From Terriglobia bacterium (lineage in GTDB: Bacteria; Acidobacteriota; Terriglobia; 20CM-2-55-15), in the NCBI GenBank assembly GCA_963664115.2, contig CAXWPJ010000002.1:992001-1056000 (forward strand): DNA of 64,000 nucleotides. The letters run 5' to 3'. The notes under the pieces were generated by a model. The model was not told the DNA's origin, searched no databases, and worked only from the letters and a program-made list of their open reading frames with translations. Position 1 is the stretch's first letter. The number at the start of each line of letters is the position of its first letter. A program made the translations under genes and the position numbers. Positions 57,597-64,000 of the stretch are shown here, one piece after another.

Positions 57597-58946
57597 ATGA
57601 TTGAGCAACGACAGAAGATAGTGGCCTTGAACCTCTTTTTGGCCGACCTCGGTCTGACGGGGGCCAGTTTCTTTCTCGCCTACGTACTCCGCGCCTCTTT
57701 CGAGATCGAAGGTTCTACCGTGATGCCGGTCGGGGTGTACATCTGGATGTTGGCGTTGATACTTCCCATTTGGGCTGTCTTGCTTCCCGCGTTCCGGGTG
57801 TATTCGTCGAGGTTTCTCCAGCTCAAAGACCAGCTCGTTCAGCTCTCCAAAGCGATTGGTTTGGCCTGGGTTGTTATGGTGGCCGTACTTTTCCTCCTGA
57901 ACCATGAGGCCACGAGCCGACTGATCGCATTGTTTACTCTGGTTATCAATTATGGGGTTCTCGTTTCCTATCGTCTGGTCCTTTATGCCCTTCGCGGCTG
58001 GAATTGGACGTCCCTCCGCCACGTCGCCATTATCGGAGAAGGTCCGGCTGCGGCGTCGTTTGCGCAATCGATAGCGAACCATGCGTCCTGGGGTCTCAAA
58101 CCGATCGGCGTTTTCCCTGAAGAGAGGGCCCGAGAAATCATCGAAAGCGGGGGTATAGACGACTTGATCTTCGTCGTTGACCGTCAACGCCTGGATCCCC
58201 TCGAAGAACTCTTCCTGTTGTGTGAGGAACTCGGGATTACGGCCCGGATTGTCTTGAACCTGTTTCCGCATTCGATCGCCCACATGGATTTCGATAAGCT
58301 CGACGGTTTCTCGCTGCTGACCTTCAGTCCGACGCCCTCGGATGAGTCGCTGCTTTTCGTTCGCCGCCTGATGGATGTGGCGCTGTCTATCATTATTGGA
58401 ATCCTCACTCTGCCGCTGATAGGAGCAACGGTGTTGGCGATCAAGCTGACCAGCACCGGCCCCGTATTGTTTAGCCAACGACGGTCGGGACTTCATGGCC
58501 GTCCCTTCATCATGTATAAATTCCGGTCCATGATCGACGATGCCGAACAGCGGCGCGTTGAACTGGAATCCATCAATGAAATGGACGGTCCGGTCTTCAA
58601 GTCGTCCCTCGATCCCCGTATTACTCCGATCGGGAAGATTTTGCGGCGTTTCAGCATCGATGAAGTGCCCCAGCTGTATAACGTACTTAAAGGCGACATG
58701 AGCCTTGTCGGTCCCCGCCCCCCATTGCCTCAGGAAGTCGAGCGCTACAAGCGATGGCAGCGACGGCGTCTCAGCATGAAACCGGGCATGACCTGTCTCT
58801 GGCAGATCACCGGCCGCAATCAGGTCGGCTTCGACGAGTGGATGAGACTCGACCTCAAATACATAGACAACTGGTCTTTGCTTTTGGATTTAAAGATTCT
58901 GATCAAAACTATTCCAGTCGTTCTGTTGGGAAAAGGGGCGCTATAA
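57597..58946 (+). CDS. Polyprenyl glycosylphosphotransferase (WcaJ/WbaP-type priming sugar transferase)
   Basis: KFRSM, DPRIT, SIDEVPQL.NV..GDMSLVGPRP, KPG.T..WQ. Confidence 0.93.
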   Translation: MIEQRQKIVALNLFLADLGLTGASFFLAYVLRASFEIEGSTVMPVGVYIWMLALILPIWAVLLPAFRVYSSRFLQLKDQLVQLSKAIGLAWVVMVAVLFLLNHEATSRLIALFTLVINYGVLVSYRLVLYALRGWNWTSLRHVAIIGEGPAAASFAQSIANHASWGLKPIGVFPEERAREIIESGGIDDLIFVVDRQRLDPLEELFLLCEELGITARIVLNLFPHSIAHMDFDKLDGFSLLTFSPTPSDESLLFVRRLMDVALSIIIGILTLPLIGATVLAIKLTSTGPVLFSQRRSGLHGRPFIMYKFRSMIDDAEQRRVELESINEMDGPVFKSSLDPRITPIGKILRRFSIDEVPQLYNVLKGDMSLVGPRPPLPQEVERYKRWQRRRLSMKPGMTCLWQITGRNQVGFDEWMRLDLKYIDNWSLLLDLKILIKTIPVVLLGKGAL

Positions 58947-58995
58947 TGGGGTTGTTCCGACTTTTAAGCGTGGTCCGTGATGGGCGGGAGGATCG

Positions 58996-59793
58996 ATGAG
59001 ATCGCTGGCGTGTTTGGCAATGTTGATGGCAATGCTCGTTGCCTTGCCTTCGGATGCGAGTGCGGTTCAGGTGGATGGCCTGAGTATCCTGGTGGTTGAT
59101 GGAGAGATTTCGATTGATGCTGAGGCGGTGGGCTTGGGTCGTCTCTTGAGTTTGTTCGATCGCGCTGCCGGTACCGAATCCACCGTACCCACTGAATTAG
59201 TGAATCGAAATGTCAGCGTTCAGTTTCAATCACTGGACCTGGCGCAGGCCGTGACAAAAATATTTGAAGGCCTTCCTCTGGATTATGTCGTCTTGGAACA
59301 GCGACGGATCGTGGTCACAGCCGTGGCCGGGACATTAGCGGCAAGTGCCGGTGGCGTGCCCGCTCCCGTAAACGATCCAGTCCAGGCACCTGGACAACCC
59401 TTCGTTCCAGTGCAACCGCCGGTTGCGGCAGCCAATCCGTTTCAGTCGTCCCGCGTGGAACCCGCCCCAAACGCGAACCGAGGTCAGGGTGCCCCCGCGC
59501 AGCCCGCCATTATTCAGACGCCCTTTGGACCTCTGGTGAATCCGAGAGCCAACGCGCAACCCACGATGCCGCTCGCCGGTCCCGGCCAGGGATTTCCTGC
59601 GGGCGCCGGAGCGGGTTCAGTTGCGCCGCCAGTCACCACCGATGGCCGGTCCGTGTTCCCGACAACAAACGGACTCCCGGCGAACGGAGCTCAGCCTGGT
59701 TCAACGCAGTCTGACCTTTTCGGTAACACATCCCCTGCGATTCTCGATTTTAAGAATCCTCAGCCCGCGTTCCCCAACCGATCCCGGCCGTGA
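58996..59793 (+). CDS. Exported protein with secretin N0/STN-like domain and Pro-rich tail
   Basis: Signal peptide; ISIDAE.V.LG.LL and VSVQF..LDL..AV..I pattern; P/A/Q-rich C-terminal half. Confidence 0.6.
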   Translation: MRSLACLAMLMAMLVALPSDASAVQVDGLSILVVDGEISIDAEAVGLGRLLSLFDRAAGTESTVPTELVNRNVSVQFQSLDLAQAVTKIFEGLPLDYVVLEQRRIVVTAVAGTLAASAGGVPAPVNDPVQAPGQPFVPVQPPVAAANPFQSSRVEPAPNANRGQGAPAQPAIIQTPFGPLVNPRANAQPTMPLAGPGQGFPAGAGAGSVAPPVTTDGRSVFPTTNGLPANGAQPGSTQSDLFGNTSPAILDFKNPQPAFPNRSRP

Positions 59794-60239
59794 GCGGTCC
59801 GGTTCTTGCGGTCAACCGGAAAGCGTCTCACAATTACGAGTTTCTCAATAAATTCGAAGCGGGACTGGTCTTGACAGGTACCGAGGTGAAGTCCGCCCGC
59901 GAAGGACGCGTCAATTTAAGGGATGCCTACGCTGTGGTCCGGGCAGGGGAAGTGTGGCTCATGAACTGTCACATCAGCCACTTCTCCCATGGCAACATTT
60001 CCAATCACGACCCGATGCGGGCGCGGAAACTGCTTATGAACCGTGCGGAGATCCGAAAGCTGATCGGAAAAACAACCGAACGTGGATTGACTCTTGTTCC
60101 ATTGAAGATGTATCTGAAGAATGGCCGCATCAAGTGCGAGATTGCCCTGGCGAAGGGCAAGAAAACTTACGACAAACGGGAAACAGAACGCCGCAAGACG
60201 ATTGATAAGGAAGCGCGGCAGGCGGTGCGCGACCGATAG
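59790..60239 (+). CDS. smpB: SsrA-binding protein
   Basis: NRKASHNY, EAG.VL.GTEVKS, RKLL, KGKK.YDKR. Confidence 0.97.
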   Translation: MSGPVLAVNRKASHNYEFLNKFEAGLVLTGTEVKSAREGRVNLRDAYAVVRAGEVWLMNCHISHFSHGNISNHDPMRARKLLMNRAEIRKLIGKTTERGLTLVPLKMYLKNGRIKCEIALAKGKKTYDKRETERRKTIDKEARQAVRDR

Positions 60240-60403
60240 GCTGCGTGGGGGTACTGGCCCGGCAGTTGCGTTCCCTGAATTTCGGGTCAAGGAAAGCGTT
60301 GGTGCACTCGTGATCGTGAGGGTCCGAGCAGGGACGGTGGGCCCCAGGCTAATGAACGGTCAGGGAAGCGCGGCAGGCGGTGCGCGACCGATAGGCTGCG
60401 TGG
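60209..60403 (+). repeat. Perfect 40-bp direct repeat of the smpB 3' end (60209-60248 and 60364-60403)
   Basis: GGAAGCGCGGCAGGCGGTGCGCGACCGATAGGCTGCGTGG twice, 115-bp spacer. Confidence 0.92.
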
Positions 60404-60430
60404 AGAAACAGGCCTCACTTCTAAACGACT

Positions 60431-61051
60431 ATGACCCACGATCTTCCAATCGTCCCTGACGCCGACTTTCGCCGCTCCCAACGTTTCCCGGATCTTGACC
60501 GTATCGAGAATCTCGATCTCGAACCGTCGCTTGCACGCTTTGATGAGGCCATCAGCGGACGCGGCGAAATAGGAGATGTCGCTCAAGCACGATCCGTGAT
60601 GACGGACCCTGGAAAGTCCGGACTGCTTCATATTCACCGTGTCCTTTTTCATCCGCGACCGGGTGCGGGTCAGTTGCGTCAATCGTCCGTACCTGCAATG
60701 TTCAGTGGGCAGGATTGTCCGGAACCGGAATTTATCGATCGGGCTCTAGACAACTTTGAACGTTGGCTTTCAGCCGATAGCTTTCTGGAGATTCACGCGA
60801 TTGAGCAGGCCGGTCTCGTTTTGACCCGGCTCGTGGATATCTGGCCATTCGATTTTGGTAACCGAACCGCGGCCGTCGTGTTCTCTAGTTTCTTCCTTAT
60901 TCGTGCCGGATATCCCCCGTTCGCGGTCCTTCCGGCGCAGGAAGAGGCCTTCGCGGAAGCTCTGTCCGCGGCGATCCGGATGCAAACCGAACCGCTGGTC
61001 GGCGCTATTTACAAAGCTATCATCAGAGAATTGGATCTCGCCGATGGATGA
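60431..61051 (+). CDS. Fic/Doc-fold protein with degenerate active site
   Basis: IHRVLF, AGQLR, IWPFDFGNRTAA in place of HPFxxGNGRxxR, AGYPP. Confidence 0.72.
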   Translation: MTHDLPIVPDADFRRSQRFPDLDRIENLDLEPSLARFDEAISGRGEIGDVAQARSVMTDPGKSGLLHIHRVLFHPRPGAGQLRQSSVPAMFSGQDCPEPEFIDRALDNFERWLSADSFLEIHAIEQAGLVLTRLVDIWPFDFGNRTAAVVFSSFFLIRAGYPPFAVLPAQEEAFAEALSAAIRMQTEPLVGAIYKAIIRELDLADG

Positions 61052-62060
61052 ACGTTACTCACGTCAGATTCGATTCGAGCCCATCGGTGAATCCGGGCAG
61101 ACGCGCCTATTGGAGGCGCGGGTAGGCATCGTCGGTTTGGGCGCCCTTGGAACCGTCGTGGCGGATCAACTCGTACGAGCAGGCGTGGGCTATGTCCGCC
61201 TAATCGACAGGGATTTCGTTGAGCTTTCCAATCTCCAGAGACAGACCCTATACGACGAATCGGATGCCCACAGGAGCTTGCCAAAAGCTGTTGCGTCCGA
61301 GGAAAAACTCCGGAGGGTTAATTCCACCGTTCGCCTGGATGCCATCGTGGAGGATCTCAATCCTTCCAACGCCGAAGAGTTGATAACGGATCTCGATCTT
61401 GTGATGGACGGGCTGGACAACTTTGAAACCCGGTTCGTGCTGAACGACGCCTGCCGCCAGGCGCGTACACCCTGGATTTACGCAGCGGCCGTCGGAAGCT
61501 ACGGCCTGGTGATGCCGGTATTGCCCGATGGGCCGTGCTTGCGATGCCTGATGGATACGCTACCGGCCGCAGGGTCTGGTCCGACATGTGACACGGCCGG
61601 CGTCATCGCACCAGTAACGGGCGCGATTGCCTCCATCGCGGTCGCACATGCGCTTCGATTTCTGACCGGACAAGCCGAGAGTGGCAACACGAGATTGGTT
61701 TCCATCGACATATGGAGTCTCAAGTTTCAAACGCTGCCGCTGTCCAAGGTCCTGCAAAGCGAGTGTCCTCTATGTTCTGGAGGGCAGTTGGATTACCTTA
61801 ATTCCCGAGCGATGAGAACGATCAGTCTTTGCGGCAGGAACGCAGTCCAGGTCATACCGAGCGAGCGGGCCGAACTGGATCTTTCGGCGATGGGCAAGAA
61901 CCTCGAACTCTATGGCCCGGTCCGGTCGAACGACTTCCTGCTCAAATGTGAGAACCCGCCTTACGAACTGACGCTGTTCCGCGATGGCCGCGCGATTATC
62001 AAGGGTACTGAAGAAGCCTCCGTAGCACGATCTGTGTATTCGAAGATGGTTGGTCTGTGA
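61044..62060 (+). CDS. ThiF/MoeB family adenylyltransferase
   Basis: RYSRQ, GLGALG, DRD.VE.SNLQRQ, DNFETR, PCLRC, TCDTAG, CPLC. Confidence 0.92.
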   Translation: MDERYSRQIRFEPIGESGQTRLLEARVGIVGLGALGTVVADQLVRAGVGYVRLIDRDFVELSNLQRQTLYDESDAHRSLPKAVASEEKLRRVNSTVRLDAIVEDLNPSNAEELITDLDLVMDGLDNFETRFVLNDACRQARTPWIYAAAVGSYGLVMPVLPDGPCLRCLMDTLPAAGSGPTCDTAGVIAPVTGAIASIAVAHALRFLTGQAESGNTRLVSIDIWSLKFQTLPLSKVLQSECPLCSGGQLDYLNSRAMRTISLCGRNAVQVIPSERAELDLSAMGKNLELYGPVRSNDFLLKCENPPYELTLFRDGRAIIKGTEEASVARSVYSKMVGL

Positions 62061-62128
62061 CCCTCATATGTTTCGATCGGTGCGCAGCCCGTTCGACTGA
62101 ACGTCGACCGGTGTGATACACCGTCGCT

Positions 62129-63628
62129 ATGGCGGACGGGAATGGAGAATCAGGCATCGGTAGCGTTGAGACAACCTTGACCGTGGATCGTCTCCGTCGA
62201 AAGATCGGTCTCGTTCTGACGCCGGCCCTCTTCGGACTGATGCTGGTTCTGCCTCTGCCCGGTCTATCAGTTGAGGCCCACCGTTTGGCCGCCGTAATGG
62301 TCGCAGTAATCACGCTGTGGGTGACCGAGGCCATCCCTCTGCCCGTTACGGCTTTGCTCGGCCCGACTCTCGCAATCGTTCTCGGGGTTGCTCCGGCCCG
62401 CCAGGCTTACGCACCGTTCGCCGATCCCCTGATACTTCTGTTCATCGGAAGCTTTATCCTGGCACAGGCGATCTTCGTCCATAGGCTCAACGAAAGAATC
62501 GCCTACGGTGTGATGTCCTGGAAGGTGATTGGAGCCCGTCCCACCCGCATCCTGATCGCGTACGGCTGTATCGCAGCGTTTATTTCAGCATGGATGAGCA
62601 ATACCGCCACCGCCGCTATGCTTCTGCCTATCGGATTGTCCTTGCTGGCGTTTATGGAGTCGGAGTCCAACATAAGTCCACGATATGGGACGGCGCTGAT
62701 GTTGGCTACGGCCTACGGGTGCTCATTGGGCGGTATGGCAACAATTGTTGGGACGCCGCCGAACGTGATCGCGGCGGGAATGCTCCGCGAATTCACCGGA
62801 ACGGAAATTTCTTTCGTCCAATGGATGTTCTTTGCCGTTCCGGCTTCCGTCTTCATGGTTGGCTTCCTGGTCATTTACATGAATTGGCTGGGTCGTAGTG
62901 GAGTTCGAGAAATTCCGGGAGCCGATGAGATCATTCGAGAACGCATGGCGGCACTCGGGCCCTGGAAAAATGGTGAAAAAAACGTCCTGATCGCATTTCT
63001 GGTAACGGTGACACTCTGGGTTGTTCCCGGAATTCTGGGGATCGTACTTGGAACGGATCACCCGGTTGCGGCGGCATTGTCTTCAGCAGTGCCAATTTCG
63101 GTCGCCGCGATTGTCGGCGCCACATTGCTATTCCTGATGCCGGTGAATGAGACCCAACGGTCCACGATTACTTGGAAGCAGGCAGCGAACATCGATTGGG
63201 GAACCATTCTGCTGTTCGGTGGCGGCCTCGCTTTGGGACAGATGGCGTCATCGACGGGCCTGGCGGAAGCGTTCGGACTGGGAATTACGGGGGTGGTGCC
63301 CGTCGGATCGGTGATCACGCTAACTTTCGCGTCCGCTATTTTCACGACCATCCTTTCGGAAACAATGTCCAACACCGCGGCCGCGACTATTGCCATTCCA
63401 GTGATTATTTCGATTGCACAGGCTGCAGGAGTGGACCCTATTCCTCCAACTCTCGCCGCCAGTCTTACCGCTTCAGTCGCTGTAATACTTCCGGTTTCCA
63501 CACCCGCCAACGCCATAGTCTATTCTTCGGGTAAGGTTCCGATCACGAAGATGATTCGATACGGCATCGTCGTGGACATCGTGGCCATTATTGCGATTCC
63601 GACCATAGTCCTCTTGTTCTTCCGATAA
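62129..63628 (+). CDS. DASS/SLC13 sodium-coupled anion symporter
   Basis: WVTEAIP, SNTAT, VGTPPN, IDWG..LLFGGG, LPVSTPANA. Confidence 0.93.
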   Translation: MADGNGESGIGSVETTLTVDRLRRKIGLVLTPALFGLMLVLPLPGLSVEAHRLAAVMVAVITLWVTEAIPLPVTALLGPTLAIVLGVAPARQAYAPFADPLILLFIGSFILAQAIFVHRLNERIAYGVMSWKVIGARPTRILIAYGCIAAFISAWMSNTATAAMLLPIGLSLLAFMESESNISPRYGTALMLATAYGCSLGGMATIVGTPPNVIAAGMLREFTGTEISFVQWMFFAVPASVFMVGFLVIYMNWLGRSGVREIPGADEIIRERMAALGPWKNGEKNVLIAFLVTVTLWVVPGILGIVLGTDHPVAAALSSAVPISVAAIVGATLLFLMPVNETQRSTITWKQAANIDWGTILLFGGGLALGQMASSTGLAEAFGLGITGVVPVGSVITLTFASAIFTTILSETMSNTAAATIAIPVIISIAQAAGVDPIPPTLAASLTASVAVILPVSTPANAIVYSSGKVPITKMIRYGIVVDIVAIIAIPTIVLLFFR

Positions 63629-63640
63629 ACAGAAGCTCGG

Positions 63641-63669
63641 TTGACAGAAATTTCGGTGAAGTGTAAAAG
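63641..63669 (+). promoter_or_regulatory. Sigma70-type promoter of cstA
   Basis: TTGACA-17 bp-TAAAAG. Confidence 0.5.
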
Positions 63670-63711
63670 AAGGGGCGTCTTTGCGGGGATGTTTAAAGGA
63701 GGAATGGAGCT

Positions 63712-64000
63712 ATGCAACCTGTAGTCGCGGCGGTCCTGTGCTTCATCGCTTATATACTGTTCTACCGATTCTATGCCCGCCATCTCGGCCGGCACATCTT
63801 TAAGCTGGACCCCACTCGGCAGACCCCGGCCCACACCATGTCTGACGGTGTGGACTATGTCCCATCCAGAAAGGTAGTTCTCTTCGGCCACCATTTCGCG
63901 TCGATTGCAGGTTTGGCTCCGATGCTGGGCCCTGCCATAGCCGTCATCTGGGGCTGGCTGCCGGCAATGCTGTGGGTCGTCCTGGGAACGGTTCTGATCG
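63712..64000 (+). CDS. cstA: Carbon starvation protein A, 5' part (runs off the window)
   Basis: Own translation: YRFYA..TPAH...DGVDYVP...VLFGHHFASIAG..P.LGP. Confidence 0.92.
   Translation, partial: MQPVVAAVLCFIAYILFYRFYARHLGRHIFKLDPTRQTPAHTMSDGVDYVPSRKVVLFGHHFASIAGLAPMLGPAIAVIWGWLPAMLWVVLGTVLI

Noticed and set aside
57589-57604. Sigma54 promoter TGGCACG
   Set aside because: The -12 element is mis-spaced and overlaps the start codon
60209-60403. CRISPR mini-array
   Set aside because: Only two repeats, a 115-bp spacer, the repeat is smpB coding sequence, and no cas genes are present
60240-60430. tmRNA next to smpB
   Set aside because: No tRNA-like ends or tag reading frame, and the interval is too short
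60855-61043. N-terminal extension of the ThiF ORF
   Set aside because: Overlaps the Fic gene; the family start MDERYSRQ is at 61044

Overview
GC-rich bacterial chromosome segment, most likely Acidobacteriota (inferred from gene content and order). The first ~24 kb is accessory: a short frameshifted flagellin whose leader carries CsrA-type sites, an amidohydrolase, an exported-protein cluster (NHL/PAL-like propeller, PQQ dehydrogenase, Tat-like protein, DUF6152-like protein, endostatin-like protein), an IS630, a probable orphan integron cassette, an FdhF/YdeP oxidoreductase, gene relics and transporters. The rest is mostly core: HTH-pilMNOPQ-roadblock, accBC-thiE, bshC-bshA, tRNA-Thr(CGT), amidase-SLT-alaS-recX-ilvE, lptE-holA, rpsT, phoH-ybeY-corC-era, a secretin with two pseudopilins, a priming glycosyltransferase, smpB, a degenerate Fic, ThiF, a DASS transporter and the start of cstA. 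Four IS copies (one IS630, three IS1380) all sit in CTAG sites. The most unusual signal is a 250-280 bp structured element present twice (14922-15171 and 39119-39396, opposite orientations). It has degenerate terminal inverted repeats, one compensatory stem change, and GGA in three hairpin loops on one strand, so it is a candidate mobile CsrA-binding RNA or MITE. Other notable signals: a 294-bp fold-back MITE, a 40-bp duplication of the smpB 3' end, and three lesions in motility genes (flagellin and pilM frameshifts, IS in the pil leader). All calls were made by eye; no database searches were run.
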